64,000 nucleotides of DNA from Candidatus Hinthialibacteria bacterium OLB16 (GTDB taxonomy: Bacteria > Hinthialibacterota > Hinthialibacteria > OLB16). The notes below the pieces were generated by a model that was given only the letters and a program-made list of their open reading frames with translations, searched no databases and was not told where the DNA came from. The number at the start of each line of letters is the position of its first letter. Position 1 is the first letter of the stretch. Shown here one piece after another: positions 8,779 through 19,962 of this stretch. The stretch is taken from the NCBI GenBank assembly GCA_001567115.1, contig LMZT01000115.1, positions 122-64,121 on the forward strand. Direction: 5' to 3'. A program made the position numbers and the translations under genes.

Positions 8779-9825
8779 TCAACGAAGTCCCATCAAGGCA
8801 TCGAGAACCAGACGGTCGAGGGTTTCGTAATCACGCGAAGCACGCAACTCCTGAACCGCTTTCTTATCGATACTGCGATAGATTTGAACCAGCTTGAGAA
8901 AGATTTCCCGGCTGTTGCGCAGATGTTCGAAGGATTTCTCTTTCGGCTGTGTGCGGAGGGCTTTGACATCCAGGCCGACAAATTCGCCTTTTTTCCCGAA
9001 TCCGCCCTCTTCAAGAACCATGACCTGGTTGAAGGCGCGGCGCAGGTTAACCGCCCCGAATGTCCGGTCCTGGTCGTATTTCAGGCTGTTCTGGTCATTG
9101 AGGTGAACACTCCACAGTTTTTTGTGGGAGATGGCATAGGCCATTTCATCCGATGGATCGAGGTTGGCCAGAATGGCATGGGCGGATTCCACCAGCGCCC
9201 CAACCCGCTTGGGATCATTGCAGCGGTATGCGATTCCGATTGCATGGCCGATAGTCGGGCAGTAAGCCAGATCCATCGGCTCATTCGGCTTTGGCTCGAT
9301 CATCAACTTGAGTTTTTTGTCATGGTCGAGCAACTTGTTGATTCCATCGATCATCCGGTCCACCGCGAGGGAGGCATCCTTGGCTTCACGAATATAAGTG
9401 CCCTCACGAGCGGGCCAGTAGACTGTCTGATGGCAGCCGAGCGCATTGGCGATATCCAGGCAGCGCTTGCCACGGTCAATCGCCCAACGGCGGCAGTTGG
9501 CATCATTGGAGGTGAATCCTCCATCGATCCCACGCGGATCTTCCCAGGTCCGGGGAGCGACAAACTCGGTCACCAGGCCTTCGTTATCCAGCATCTTTTT
9601 GACTTCTTTGGCGCGTTTGAGAGCTTCCTTGAGCGGGAGAGAAGCATCTGCGACATCATCATCATGGAACTGGACACCCTGGAATCCCAGCTTCCGGTAA
9701 GTCTTGATTTTTTCATCAAAGGTGAACGAGGTCCGGGTAGCAGGTCCAAATGGATCGGCTCCCTCATGGATATTCCAGGGACCAAATGAGAAACGGTATT
9801 GTGTGGATGAACTGTTTGCGGCCAT
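8779..9825 (-). CDS. divergent xylose isomerase family protein (class I XylA-like TIM barrel)
   Basis: RFSFGPWNI, FHDDD, GGFTSNDANCRRWA, IEPKPNEP and VHLNDQNSLKYDQD motifs align with canonical XylA; RBS AAGGAGGA upstream. Confidence 0.7.
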   Translation of the reverse strand: MAANSSSTQYRFSFGPWNIHEGADPFGPATRTSFTFDEKIKTYRKLGFQGVQFHDDDVADASLPLKEALKRAKEVKKMLDNEGLVTEFVAPRTWEDPRGIDGGFTSNDANCRRWAIDRGKRCLDIANALGCHQTVYWPAREGTYIREAKDASLAVDRMIDGINKLLDHDKKLKLMIEPKPNEPMDLAYCPTIGHAIGIAYRCNDPKRVGALVESAHAILANLDPSDEMAYAISHKKLWSVHLNDQNSLKYDQDRTFGAVNLRRAFNQVMVLEEGGFGKKGEFVGLDVKALRTQPKEKSFEHLRNSREIFLKLVQIYRSIDKKAVQELRASRDYETLDRLVLDALMGLR

Positions 9826-10049
9826 TAACCAAATCCTCCTTTTCAGTGTTCACATCGACATCCCCCGATCGAACCATGCGGAGGGGCAGGTGAAACCACC
9901 CCGATCCTGAATCGAAGGTCCATGCATGCGGGATTGTCGCAGATGATCATGCCAGATCTCCAGCCTCCTACCAAGGGGAGGATTGATGGGGCGACAGACA
10001 GGCAGCGGACTGTTAAAATGAGAGATCATGTCATGGCGGCTGATACCAG

Positions 10050-11283
10050 ATGGCTGACAACAACCTGGCGGATCCGGAAGCGGCACTGCAGGCAGGCTCG
10101 AAGAACTTGAGAGCCGCACGTCTCGAAGCGCTGTATGATCTTTCGCTGGCAATCTTCTCGGCTGTCAGCATCGACCAGCTGCTCGTGGATGTCATGGAGC
10201 GTGTCACCGGCATCCTGGGTGTCGATCGTTCACTCTCTTTATTGTCGATCGGGAAGAAGGAATACTCTGGTCCAAGGTGGCGCAGAAGACCGATCCGATC
10301 CGGATCCGTTGGGGAGCGGGCTTGCCGGATATGTGGCCCGTTCGGGCGAGGTGCTGAATATCCCGGATGCCTATGCGGATGACCGTTTCAACCCTGAAGT
10401 CGACCGGCGAACAGGATTCCATACAAGGAATCTGCTCTGCATCCCGGTCAGGAATCGTGAAAATGAAATCATCGCAGTGATTCAGGCGATCAATAAAAAT
10501 GAGGGGTGCTTCGACCGTGAAGATGAAGGCTTCCTCTTCGCACTGTCGGCACAGATCCAGCTGGCGATCGAAAACGCTTCACTCTATGAGGACCTGAAAG
10601 AGCTGTTTGAGTCAATGATGGAAGCACTGGCCTTTACCATCGATGCGCGCCACCCCACCACCGCCGGGCACACATTGAGGGTCCGCGACTATTCACTCGC
10701 CATCGCCCGTGAACTGGGGTATCAGGGAAACGACCTGGAGATTCTGAATTATGCGGCATTGCTGCATGATTACGGAAAAATCGGGGTCCCGGAGGCAATT
10801 TTGACCAAGCCGGGCAGGCTCACCGATGCAGAATATGGGAGCATGAAAAAGCATGTCGTGTTCACACAGGAAATTCTTCAACGGATCAAGTTCGCGCAGC
10901 GATTCAGAGATATTCCGGCGATTGCCGGCCAGCACCATGAGAGGGTCGATGGCGGGGGGTATCCCGGCGGACTCACCGGTCCGGAGATGCACCCGATGGC
11001 CCGGATCATGGCGGTCGCGGATGTGTTCGATGCCATGACATCGGTCCGTGAGTACCGACAGCCCGCGGATCCGGATGAAGTTCTTGCCATGTTAAGGAAA
11101 GAAACCGGCACCCATTTCGATCATGAAACAGTCGAGGCCTTCGCGCGCTATTTCGAACGGAGCCATCTTGGCGATCAGATTCGCCGAAGAAACCAGATGG
11201 CGGCTGTGATGAATTCCGAGCCGTCGGGCAGACCATCGGGTGAGCTGGCAGACCAGGCTCATCTTCCGGCCAGTCCGGCTTGA
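10050..11283 (+). CDS. GAF-domain HD-GYP phosphodiesterase, interrupted by two apparent 1-nt deletions (~10231 and ~10306)
   Basis: GAF sequence is continuous only when read frame0->frame2->frame1 (…VDRS / LFIVDREEGILWSKVAQKTDPIRI / PLGSGLAGYVARSGEVLNIPDAYADDRF); HD domain plus HHERVDGGGYPGG (HD-GYP). Confidence 0.75.
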
Positions 11284-11296
11284 CCCTCACAGGCCC

Positions 11297-12049
11297 ATGA
11301 CTCCTGGATACAGCAAGACTGTCCCGCAACCTGATTCGGCAGCTCCGAAAGATCATCAGGTGCGCAATATGTTTTCACGCATCGCACGGACCTATGACCT
11401 GCTCAACCGGGTATTATCTTTCGGACAGGATCAGTACTGGCGGAAATATGCGATCGGAAAGCTTTCGATTGCCTCGCCCGGTGAGGTGATTGACCTGTGT
11501 GGCGGGACAGGAGATATGACCTTCCAGCTGCTGAAGCAACGCCCGGAAGATCAGGCCACACTCACTGATTTCGCCCTTCCCATGCTGTCTATCGCCAGAA
11601 AACGGATGGAGTCAAATGGCAGCTGTGCAGAGGTTGCCTGCGCGGATGCCCTGCAGCTCCCATTTCTTTCCGAAAGATTCGATGCCGCCATGTGCGCGTT
11701 TGGAATCAGAAACTGGCGGGATGTCGAAGTGGGCCTGAAGGAGGTTCATCGGCTCCTCAAACACGAGGGGGAATTTGTGATTCTGGAGTTCCTGCGATCA
11801 GGCAACCGCAAGGTGGAGGCACTCAAGAAACTTTATCTGAGGAACATCCTTCCCTGGATGGGATTTCTCGCATCCGGGAATTACCGGGCTTACCGTTATC
11901 TGGTGGACTCGATGGAGCAGTTTTACTCCGATGAGGAGTTCCAGGCGATCATTGAAAGAAATGGTTTCAGCATCAGCCATAAGAAGCGTTTCTTTCTGGG
12001 GGTCTGCTGGTGTTATGTTCTGAAAAAGACAGGCGAAAGGATGGGATGA
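11297..12049 (+). CDS. ubiE: demethylmenaquinone/ubiquinone biosynthesis C-methyltransferase
   Basis: FSRIARTYDLLNRVLSFG, IDLCGGTGD and LEF motifs match UbiE/MenG; start chosen at the first ATG after the upstream stop. Confidence 0.8.
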   Translation: MTPGYSKTVPQPDSAAPKDHQVRNMFSRIARTYDLLNRVLSFGQDQYWRKYAIGKLSIASPGEVIDLCGGTGDMTFQLLKQRPEDQATLTDFALPMLSIARKRMESNGSCAEVACADALQLPFLSERFDAAMCAFGIRNWRDVEVGLKEVHRLLKHEGEFVILEFLRSGNRKVEALKKLYLRNILPWMGFLASGNYRAYRYLVDSMEQFYSDEEFQAIIERNGFSISHKKRFFLGVCWCYVLKKTGERMG

Positions 12050-12052
12050 GGG

Positions 12053-12496
12053 ATGGCATTTTCCGGTCTTGTATATCAACTCCCGATTGTTCGGGGAGAG
12101 GTTTCCGAACCGCCCTGCCATCTCTGCCCCGCGATCTGCTGCCAGTATTTTGCTCTGCAGATCGATACACCGGGCAGCCGAAAGGATTTTGAAAACCTGC
12201 GCTGGTACCTGATGCATGAACGTGTGCATGTGTTTGTCGATGCGGGCAAATGGTATCTCCAGGTCTGGAATCCCTGCCAGCACCTGCTTCCGGATCAGCG
12301 TTGCGGGATCTATGAAACCCGTCCCGATATCTGCCGTGAGTATGGGGTGGATGAGAATCAGGCGGTCAACTGCCATGCCACCTCCGAGGCCAACTCCGAA
12401 TATGAAGTCTTGTTCACTGAGGCCTCGCAGATAGAAGACTACTACCGGAATTGGCACAACAAGCGTTACGGGAAACGGAAGCGGTCGCGGAAATGA
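12053..12496 (+). CDS. YkgJ-family cysteine-cluster protein (UPF0153, putative Fe-S/zinc-binding)
   Basis: CHLCPAICC … C…C cysteine pattern. Confidence 0.6.
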   Translation: MAFSGLVYQLPIVRGEVSEPPCHLCPAICCQYFALQIDTPGSRKDFENLRWYLMHERVHVFVDAGKWYLQVWNPCQHLLPDQRCGIYETRPDICREYGVDENQAVNCHATSEANSEYEVLFTEASQIEDYYRNWHNKRYGKRKRSRK

Positions 12497-13098
12497 TATT
12501 CCCTCCTTCTCGAGGTAGTGCTCACGCCCTGATTCCACTTGTTGTGTTGTGTGGAGCCTTTGCCCAGTCCACACCTGCCTGCGAGTTCAATTTCTGGGAT
12601 CTTTCTGTTGAGCAGAGGATTCTCCCGAATCTGCCAATCCCTCCCCGAATCTCCAATGAAACCGCGGAACGGAAAGAGGCCAGAAGGCATGATCTGGAGG
12701 CACTGAAAAAACGCCTGGCTCAGAGGGCTTCTCTCCGCCAGGAGGCCTGGAAAGCAGAAGAGGGTTCTTCTGCCACACTGACCGCCATTCACAACCTGGT
12801 TGAAAATGGAAAACTCGGTTTCGCCTTTATTATCGATGCGAGTGGAACTTACCGGCTCGAGATCAGCGCTCCCAAAGGGCCGGACCTTGGGCCTTTCACT
12901 ATCGGGATCGACCAGGAACCTCCCGGCAGGATCGATCCTTGGGGGGAGAGAAATACTTCCTGCATCTGGATTCCAATGGACAGAAATTTTCACCTCAGCA
13001 AAGGGGAGCACCTGCTGTTCATTGGCCAGTTATCTCCTCAGGATCCGCCGATCCGCCTGATGTCATTCCGCCTCAAACCAGTGCCTCCGGCAAGGTAA
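12493..13098 (+). CDS. hypothetical secreted protein
   Basis: ATGA overlap with previous gene; N-terminal hydrophobic signal-like segment. Confidence 0.4.
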   Translation: MIFPPSRGSAHALIPLVVLCGAFAQSTPACEFNFWDLSVEQRILPNLPIPPRISNETAERKEARRHDLEALKKRLAQRASLRQEAWKAEEGSSATLTAIHNLVENGKLGFAFIIDASGTYRLEISAPKGPDLGPFTIGIDQEPPGRIDPWGERNTSCIWIPMDRNFHLSKGEHLLFIGQLSPQDPPIRLMSFRLKPVPPAR

Positions 13099-13105
13099 GG
13101 AACAG

Positions 13106-14695
13106 ATGGATTCCCACCCAACAGTTCGGTCAACATGCCGCCTGTTTTCTCTTCTCTCTCTGATTGTCCTGGTGTGGACCTGGAGCGGGCACCTGCATTC
13201 GCCGGACTGTGAGATCAACTACCGGACAGTACGTTCGCTGGCGGAGGGAAAGGGATATGCGGTCCCACCCTACCCATCGGGTTTTGGAACACGCACAGGC
13301 CTGGATGGAAATGAATACCCGCAGTATGGCCCGCTGCAACCTCTCCTTGCAGTTCCACTTTTTCTGCTGGGAAAAACCATGAGCGGCCTGATTCCCCCTG
13401 AATGGCTGTCCGCCCAGGAACAGCGCCTGTATCGGACTGTCAGCTTTTACCGGCCGTCGACAGGTGGAGGCTCCAATTTCGAGGGCCTTTATCCCATCGA
13501 TCACAAGGAGAGAGTCTGTCGATTGATGGTATCTCTGTTCAACCCGCTCATGACCTGGCTGACAGTCCTCCTCATCCTCTTTTTCGGGAAGACCCTTTAC
13601 AACGATGAACTGTCCGGAATGATACTGGCGGCCTTTTACCTGTTCGGGACGATTGCATGGCCACATTCCCGCCCTTTTTATACCGAATCCCTCGCAACTC
13701 TATGCCTGCTGGGATCTCTGCTGCCGGCCTGGCAGATGGGGCAGGAAACGGGCTGTCAGCGGCTGGTGGCCAAAGCAGGGGGTGCAGGCGCATTTCTGGG
13801 GCTGGCGGTTCTCGCACGCCTGGATTCGGTGGTGGCTGGCCCGGGATTATGCCTGGTTGGAATTGCATCGCTTTACAAGGTATGGCAGGCCCGTGGGGGC
13901 GTTGCCGCTGTCTCAGCCCTCCTGTCGGGCATAGCCGGCTGTGTGTGCCTGGTTGCGATTCATCCTGTTTTGAACTGGCTCCGGTTTGGATCGGTTCTCG
14001 CATCGGGATACTCCGATCAACCGGAGGGGATCGATTTCGGGATTCCTTTCTTTGACAGCCTCTGGATTTATCTGATCTCCCCGGGCAAAGGGATTTTCGG
14101 GTATTCGCCACCCCTTCTGGCCGGGCTGTTCGCCTGGCCTTTGCTCTATAAAAGGGAGAAGTCCCTGGCATTGGGGACCCTGTTGATCGGCCTGGGGTAT
14201 CTGCTGGTGATCGGGCGCTGGCAGAATCTGGGGGGATGGTGCTGGGGACCACGCCACCTGTTCCAGGTGACCCCTTTCCTGCTGCTGCCGCTTCCGCTTC
14301 TCCTCCAGAGAGTGAAATCCCCGCAAGACTATCTGGGAAGAAACCTGCTTCTGATGCTCGTTCTGGTTTTGGGGATTGTGGTGCAATTCTGGGGGGTGCT
14401 GGTGGATTACATGTGGCCGCTCGATCAGACCCTGCGAGGTCTTTCTCCTGGAGAGGATACAGCCCGTGTGCTTTCCGCCGGTTATTACGGACCTGTACTT
14501 CATGCCTGGGCCTGGAGGCACGATCCCGATCCGGATTGGTTTCTGTATGACTTGTGGAATTCCGGAAAAACCGGAGCGCGTTTTGTGGCAGGCGGGATCG
14601 GGTCGGTGGGATTTGCCCTGCTGGTGCTTTTCATCCATTCCCTCTGGAAGATTTACAGGAAGAACCGGCCTGCCGGAATTCACTGTAACAGCTGA
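13106..14695 (+). CDS. GT-C fold membrane glycosyltransferase (ArnT/PMT-like, 529 aa)
   Basis: Polytopic; first-loop motif DCEINYRTVRSLAEGKGY (DE-like); same architecture as 3384..5402. Confidence 0.5.
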   Translation: MDSHPTVRSTCRLFSLLSLIVLVWTWSGHLHSPDCEINYRTVRSLAEGKGYAVPPYPSGFGTRTGLDGNEYPQYGPLQPLLAVPLFLLGKTMSGLIPPEWLSAQEQRLYRTVSFYRPSTGGGSNFEGLYPIDHKERVCRLMVSLFNPLMTWLTVLLILFFGKTLYNDELSGMILAAFYLFGTIAWPHSRPFYTESLATLCLLGSLLPAWQMGQETGCQRLVAKAGGAGAFLGLAVLARLDSVVAGPGLCLVGIASLYKVWQARGGVAAVSALLSGIAGCVCLVAIHPVLNWLRFGSVLASGYSDQPEGIDFGIPFFDSLWIYLISPGKGIFGYSPPLLAGLFAWPLLYKREKSLALGTLLIGLGYLLVIGRWQNLGGWCWGPRHLFQVTPFLLLPLPLLLQRVKSPQDYLGRNLLLMLVLVLGIVVQFWGVLVDYMWPLDQTLRGLSPGEDTARVLSAGYYGPVLHAWAWRHDPDPDWFLYDLWNSGKTGARFVAGGIGSVGFALLVLFIHSLWKIYRKNRPAGIHCNS

Positions 14696-14797
14696 GGCGG
14701 CTCGCTGGACTGACTCAGCTAAGCTGAAAACAGATGGCCACTGCCCACCTCCCCGGAACCTCTGAAACCGGGAGTCCTCCAGACAATGCCCCAGACC

Positions 14798-16522
14798 TTA
14801 ATGAATGAAGATCAGTGTAATCAGAATGAACAGCGGGATCAGGATGCCGATCGAATAAAGCATGTATCCGAAGAAACTCGGCATTTTGATGCCGGCCTGC
14901 TCGGCAATGCTTTTCACCATGAAATTGGGGCCATTGCCGATATAAGTGTTGGCTCCCATGAACACGGCTCCGAGCGAAATGGCAATCAGAAGCGGAACCG
15001 GGATGGTGCCGGTTGTAGTCTGGACTCCAGACATCAGCTGGTCGGGATTGGACCAGGGCAGTGTTCCGGCGGTCTGGAAGAAAACCACATAAGTGGGCGC
15101 ATTATCGAGGAAGCTCGAGAGCACGCCTGTCGCCCAGAAGAAGTGAGCCGGAGTGGCCAGGCCGAGCTGAGATCCCCGTGCATTCAGAATTTCAATTGGG
15201 ACCTGCATGGTGATGAATATCCCGATGAACAGGCAGGCCACCTCACCGATGGCGGTGAAGTTGAAGTTATTGGCTTCCCGGATGGCTTTCCGGGTCAGCA
15301 CCATCGACAGGCCAGCGAGGAGTATTTGTGCCATTTCTCTGATTCCGATGGGGAAAAGATGCGGAACTGTCCACCCGAGCAGAACCTTTCCGGGAACCAG
15401 CAGGGCCACACACAACACAACTCCCAGGAGGAGAGCAAAGTTGTGCAATCCCTGAATCCGGATCGGTTCTTTTGTGGTTGCATCCTGGAGAATGGACTCC
15501 GGTGGCTCCTTCTTCCATGCCCACAAATCCCAGAAGAAATAAACCACCAGCAGAAAGACGAGACAGAAGGCCCATTCAAAGACCAGGTGGAAGGTCCACA
15601 AAAAAGGGACCCCCCTCAAGTACCCGAGGAAAAGGGGTGGATCCCCAACAGGAAGAAGGCTGCCGCCGATATTGCAGACGACGAAAATAAAAAAGACGAC
15701 TGTGTGGACCACAAACCTCCGTTCCTGGTTGATTTGAAGGAGAGGGCGGATCAACAACATGGCCGCCCCTGTGGTTCCAATGAAACTGGCCAGAAGGCCT
15801 CCCAGAGCGAGAATAAAAGTGTTGGTCTTCGGGTGGGCGGGAACATTGCTACTGACCGATATTCCCCCGCTGATTACAAACAGGCTGAACAGCAGGACAA
15901 TGAATGGAATGAAATCATCGATGACTGCATGGCGCAGCATGGCGAGAACCGCGTCAAGCCCTGTGTCGGTGGCATGACCGCCATGAGGAAATCCGAAATC
16001 CCGCAGCCAGTAGTAGGCAATTGTGACCACCCCCAGAGCAGCGGCCACAAGCAGCTTGCTGGAGTTGTGTTCCCACCAGTGGCTCAAGGATGGAACCAGA
16101 GGAAAGATGGCGATAGCCAGCAGCAGGGCCACAAATGGGGTGATCCATGCGGCGGAAGGAATCTCCCGAAGCCCTGGATGCTGGATGCCGGCATGTGAAT
16201 CTGTGGGTGATGGCTGGCTGCTGCCGGCTGGCTTCTGGAGGACTTCCACAGAAAGGCTCGAATGAGCGCCAGTGGCACCCTGGACACCTGAAGCAGCCAG
16301 ATCGGGAAGGACAGCCGGTTCAAATTGGACAGGAGTTGTCTTGAGGATCGCTGTGGTGGTGGAAGATGACTGAGTGAAACCAGGATCAGCGAACAATCCC
16401 AAAATACAGAAAACCGGGAACAGGAGTGGAATATACTTTCTTTCAACAGGCTGCCGATAGACAGAAAAAAACAGGGATTTCATTAAAAGATGCCAACCTC
16501 CACAATGGGTGATCCAACGCAA
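14798..16522 (-). CDS. ArsB/NhaD-superfamily ion transporter (sodium:proton antiporter-like) with ~120-aa Ser/Thr/Pro-rich N-terminal extension
   Basis: About 11 TM helices with a CitMHS/NhaD-like layout; true start may be the internal Met (MKSLFF…). Confidence 0.6.
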   Translation of the reverse strand: MRWITHCGGWHLLMKSLFFSVYRQPVERKYIPLLFPVFCILGLFADPGFTQSSSTTTAILKTTPVQFEPAVLPDLAASGVQGATGAHSSLSVEVLQKPAGSSQPSPTDSHAGIQHPGLREIPSAAWITPFVALLLAIAIFPLVPSLSHWWEHNSSKLLVAAALGVVTIAYYWLRDFGFPHGGHATDTGLDAVLAMLRHAVIDDFIPFIVLLFSLFVISGGISVSSNVPAHPKTNTFILALGGLLASFIGTTGAAMLLIRPLLQINQERRFVVHTVVFFIFVVCNIGGSLLPVGDPPLFLGYLRGVPFLWTFHLVFEWAFCLVFLLVVYFFWDLWAWKKEPPESILQDATTKEPIRIQGLHNFALLLGVVLCVALLVPGKVLLGWTVPHLFPIGIREMAQILLAGLSMVLTRKAIREANNFNFTAIGEVACLFIGIFITMQVPIEILNARGSQLGLATPAHFFWATGVLSSFLDNAPTYVVFFQTAGTLPWSNPDQLMSGVQTTTGTIPVPLLIAISLGAVFMGANTYIGNGPNFMVKSIAEQAGIKMPSFFGYMLYSIGILIPLFILITLIFIH

Positions 16523-16749
16523 GCCGCATTAATTTAACGGGGAGCGGGATCACTGAACAGGCCAGATGGAATCGCATTAAAAAAATCAACCGGGATCTGA
16601 AACATTTCTGCGGGAGTGGTTGCCTTGTTGGACACGAAATCTTCTGTGAAAATCAGCCTGTCAGAAAAGCAGGACACACTCCCTACCGGTTGAGAGTCCC
16701 GGTAAAGGATACTACGATTCAAAAATCACCCAGGAAGGTTGGATTTTGC

Positions 16750-17352
16750 ATGGATAAAAAAGTGTGGCATTCAACAACAGTCATTGGACTGCGCCACAAC
16801 GGACAGGCTGCCATGGCGGCCGATGGCCAGGTAACCTTTGGCGATACAGTAGTCAAAAGCACGGCACGCAAGGTTCGAAGGCTGTTCGATGACCAGGTGC
16901 TGGCCGGGTTTGCAGGAGCCTCGAGCGATGCTTTCACGCTGTTTGAACGGTTTGAGGCCAAGCTGGATGAATATAATGGGGCATTGGTGCGCGCCGCTGT
17001 GGAGCTTGCCAAAGACTGGCGGCTGGATCGCGCCCTGCGAAGGCTGGAGGCGATGCTGGCGGTCATGGACTGCGAACATTCCCTGATCATCAGCGGGAAT
17101 GGGGATGTGGTGGAACCGGATGATGGCATCGCAGCGATCGGCTCTGGAGGCCCCTTTGCCCTGGCTGCAGCCCGTGCGCTGATCCATCATGCCCCGTCAT
17201 TATCCGCGGCAGACATGGCCCGCCAGTCATTGGAAATTGCTGCTGATATCTGTATCTTCACCAACCGGAATCTGACTCTCGAAATCCTCGAACCCCCGGA
17301 GGGTGGGGCGCCATCCTCCCGCCCTTCCCGGCCCCGTGCCGGAAGAAAGTGA
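16750..17352 (+). CDS. hslV: ATP-dependent protease subunit HslV
   Basis: [37 protein letters not shown]…[20 protein letters not shown] aligns nearly end to end with E. coli HslV; ATG at 16750 preferred over the TTG at 16690. Confidence 0.9.
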   Translation: MDKKVWHSTTVIGLRHNGQAAMAADGQVTFGDTVVKSTARKVRRLFDDQVLAGFAGASSDAFTLFERFEAKLDEYNGALVRAAVELAKDWRLDRALRRLEAMLAVMDCEHSLIISGNGDVVEPDDGIAAIGSGGPFALAAARALIHHAPSLSAADMARQSLEIAADICIFTNRNLTLEILEPPEGGAPSSRPSRPRAGRK

Positions 17353-18723
17353 TTGATAGAAATGGCTTTGAATCCGTTGGAAAACGAAAAAACACCCCGT
17401 GAGATTGTCGAGGAGCTCAATAAATACATCGTCGGCCAATACGATGCCAAGAAGGCTGTCGCGCTTGCGCTGCGCACACGCTGGCGGCGGCTGCGGCTGC
17501 CGGAGGACAAACGGACAGAGATATATCCCAAAAACATTTTGATGATTGGCCCGACAGGCGTGGGGAAAACCGAGATCGCACGGCGCCTGGCGCGCATGAC
17601 TGATGCTCCTTTCCTTAAAGTGGAAGCCTCCAAGTTCACTGAAGTCGGGTATGTGGGCCGTGATGTCGAGTCAATGATCCGGGATCTGGTGGAAGTATCG
17701 GTGAATCAGATGCGCGTGCGGCGCCAGGAAGAGTGTGATGAAGAGGCGCATCGTGCGGTTGAAGAACGCCTGCTGAACCTGCTGCTGCCCCCGGCGCCGA
17801 TGACTTACAGCACACTGCAGGAGGTGTCCCCTTCCCCGCATCAGCAGACAACCCGTGAAAAACTCCGGACCATGCTGCGTGAGGGGAAGCTGGAGGATCG
17901 TGAGGTTGAAGTTGAATTGCCGGAGAGGTCGGTGATGGTGCAGGGATTTATCCCGGGAGCGGGAATGGAGGAAATGCAGTCCAACCTCCAGGAAATGCTA
18001 CGACAAGATGATGCCTTCGCGCAAGAAAAACAGGCCATGAAGATCTCCGAGGCGCGGCCCCACCTGTTCCAGTCCGAGCTGGAACACCTGGTGGATGAGG
18101 AGGCGCTGGTCGGCCAGGCCATCTCCCGTGTGGAGCAGGCCGGCATCGTGTTCCTCGATGAAATGGACAAGATCATCGGGAATGGCCAGGGATCCGGGCC
18201 GGATGTGTCCCGGGAAGGGGTTCAGAGAGATATTCTCCCCCTGGTGGAAGGTTCGACAGTCAAGACCAAGCATGGGTTCGTCAATACAGACCACATTCTG
18301 TTTATCGGGGCGGGAGCGTTTTATGGAACCTCTCCCAGTGACCTGATTCCGGAGCTGCAGGGACGGTTCCCGATCCGGGTGGAGCTGGACTCACTCGGAA
18401 AAACTGAATTCGTCCAGATCCTGAAAGAACCGGAAAATTCACTGACCAAGCAGTACAAGTCGCTGTTGGAGACAGAGGGAGTCCTGGTGGAATTCGAGGA
18501 TTCCGCGATCGATGAAATGGCGGAAATGGCCGCTGAAATCAATGATAAAACAGACAACATCGGGGCGCGCCGGCTGCATACCATCATCGAGAAGGTGATC
18601 GAGGAAATCTCATTCATCGCTCCGGAAACCCCCGGCAAGAAGTTTGTTCTCGATGCCAAGCTGGTTCGTGAGAGGCTGTCCGAAATTGTCAAAGACCAGG
18701 ATCTTTCGAGGTATATCCTCTAG
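17353..18723 (+). CDS. hslU: ATP-dependent protease ATPase subunit HslU
   Basis: [31 protein letters not shown] Walker A; starts one nt after the hslV stop. Confidence 0.95.
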   Translation: MIEMALNPLENEKTPREIVEELNKYIVGQYDAKKAVALALRTRWRRLRLPEDKRTEIYPKNILMIGPTGVGKTEIARRLARMTDAPFLKVEASKFTEVGYVGRDVESMIRDLVEVSVNQMRVRRQEECDEEAHRAVEERLLNLLLPPAPMTYSTLQEVSPSPHQQTTREKLRTMLREGKLEDREVEVELPERSVMVQGFIPGAGMEEMQSNLQEMLRQDDAFAQEKQAMKISEARPHLFQSELEHLVDEEALVGQAISRVEQAGIVFLDEMDKIIGNGQGSGPDVSREGVQRDILPLVEGSTVKTKHGFVNTDHILFIGAGAFYGTSPSDLIPELQGRFPIRVELDSLGKTEFVQILKEPENSLTKQYKSLLETEGVLVEFEDSAIDEMAEMAAEINDKTDNIGARRLHTIIEKVIEEISFIAPETPGKKFVLDAKLVRERLSEIVKDQDLSRYIL

Positions 18724-18762
18724 AGTCCTGTTTTCGAAATGGAAAGGGTAAGGAAATTGAAC

Positions 18763-19779
18763 ATGTCTTCGAGATTCATCCCATGCCTGGTTCTGTTCCT
18801 GATCATCAGCCTGTTCGGATGCGCCCCGCGTGAGCCTCAATCGACTGAGCAGAAAAGCTCCGAAGCCCCATCGAAGCTGCGTATCGCAGTGATTCCGAAG
18901 GGCACCACTCATGAGTACTGGAAAACGATTCATGCCGGTGCAATCAAAGCGGGGAAAGAGCTGGGTGTGGAGATCATCTGGAAAGGCCCACAGAAGGAGG
19001 ATGACCGTGAGCAGCAGATCCAGGTGGTCCAGAATTTCACCACATCCAATGTCAGCGGCATTGTGCTTGCACCACTGGATGCCAAGGCTCTGGTCAACCC
19101 GGTACGGGAGGCCACACAGGCAGGGATTCCTGTGGTCATTATCGATTCCGGCCTCGAAGCAGAAGTCGGGAAAGATTACATCAGTTATGTCGCCACGGAT
19201 AATTACCAGGGGGGGGTGCTGAGTGCGAGACGCCTGGCTGAAAAAATGGGCGGAACCGGAAAAGCAATCCTGCTGCGTTATCAAGAAGGATCGGCATCAA
19301 CCGAACTTCGTGAAGCCGGGTTTCTCGACACGCTCAAGAAGGAATTTCCGAATATCCAGGTGGTTTCCGACAATCAACATGCCGGGCCGACCACCGAATC
19401 CGGAATGCAGGCTGCCCAGCGCCTGCTGAGCCAGTTCCCGGATATCCAAGGATTTTATTGCCCGAATGAATCCAGCACTTTCGGGACACTTCGCGCTCTT
19501 GAAGTCGATGGCCGTGCGGGGAAAATTGCCTTCGTCGGCTTTGACAGCAGCGAAAAGCTTGTCCAGGGAATGCGCGAAGGCAAAATCCATGGGCTGGCGC
19601 TGCAGAATCCTCTCAAGATGAGCTACCTTGGGGTCAAAACCCTGGTCTCACACCTTCATGGAGAAAAAGTGGAGGAAAAAATCGACACCGGGGTTGTCAT
19701 GGTCACCCCGGAGAACATGGACCAGCCAGACATCAAAGAGGTTCTTCTACCGGATCTGAGCCAGTATTTAAGTGAGTGA
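18763..19779 (+). CDS. sugar ABC transporter substrate-binding lipoprotein (RbsB/Peripla_BP_4-like)
   Basis: Lipobox LFGC; periplasmic sugar-binding fold sequence (IAVIPKGTTHEYW…IPVVIIDSGL); RBS AAGGAA 7 nt upstream of ATG 18763. Confidence 0.75.
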   Translation: MSSRFIPCLVLFLIISLFGCAPREPQSTEQKSSEAPSKLRIAVIPKGTTHEYWKTIHAGAIKAGKELGVEIIWKGPQKEDDREQQIQVVQNFTTSNVSGIVLAPLDAKALVNPVREATQAGIPVVIIDSGLEAEVGKDYISYVATDNYQGGVLSARRLAEKMGGTGKAILLRYQEGSASTELREAGFLDTLKKEFPNIQVVSDNQHAGPTTESGMQAAQRLLSQFPDIQGFYCPNESSTFGTLRALEVDGRAGKIAFVGFDSSEKLVQGMREGKIHGLALQNPLKMSYLGVKTLVSHLHGEKVEEKIDTGVVMVTPENMDQPDIKEVLLPDLSQYLSE

Positions 19780-19962
19780 TTCTTTCACTTAGCTTCTCAA
19801 GTTGTTCATCGGTGACAAACATTTGCCTGCCTTTGATGGGTGTCACATGACCGCGTGATACGATATTCCAGATAAATCTGACATTTTAGCAAATTATATC
19901 AATCCGGGGTGAACTGGCCTCAATACTGCGAAGGGTTCTTTGAAATTCTTTCAGATTGAAAG

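Noticed and set aside
14786-16198. 470-aa + strand ORF antisense to the NhaD-like transporter gene
   Set aside because: Its translation is low-complexity and rich in Gln/Glu/His/Arg with no motifs. The opposite-strand ORF is a coherent 11-TM transporter. Long antisense ORFs are expected in a GC-rich genome.
16523-16749. CIRCE/HrcA or sigma32 heat-shock promoter upstream of hslVU
   Set aside because: No TTAGCACTC-N9-GAGTGCTAA dyad and no convincing CTTGAAA/CCCCAT pair.
19780-19962. c-di-GMP (GEMM) riboswitch upstream of the PEP-CTERM gene
   Set aside because: The conserved GGCAAACC / ACGCAAAGC elements are absent.
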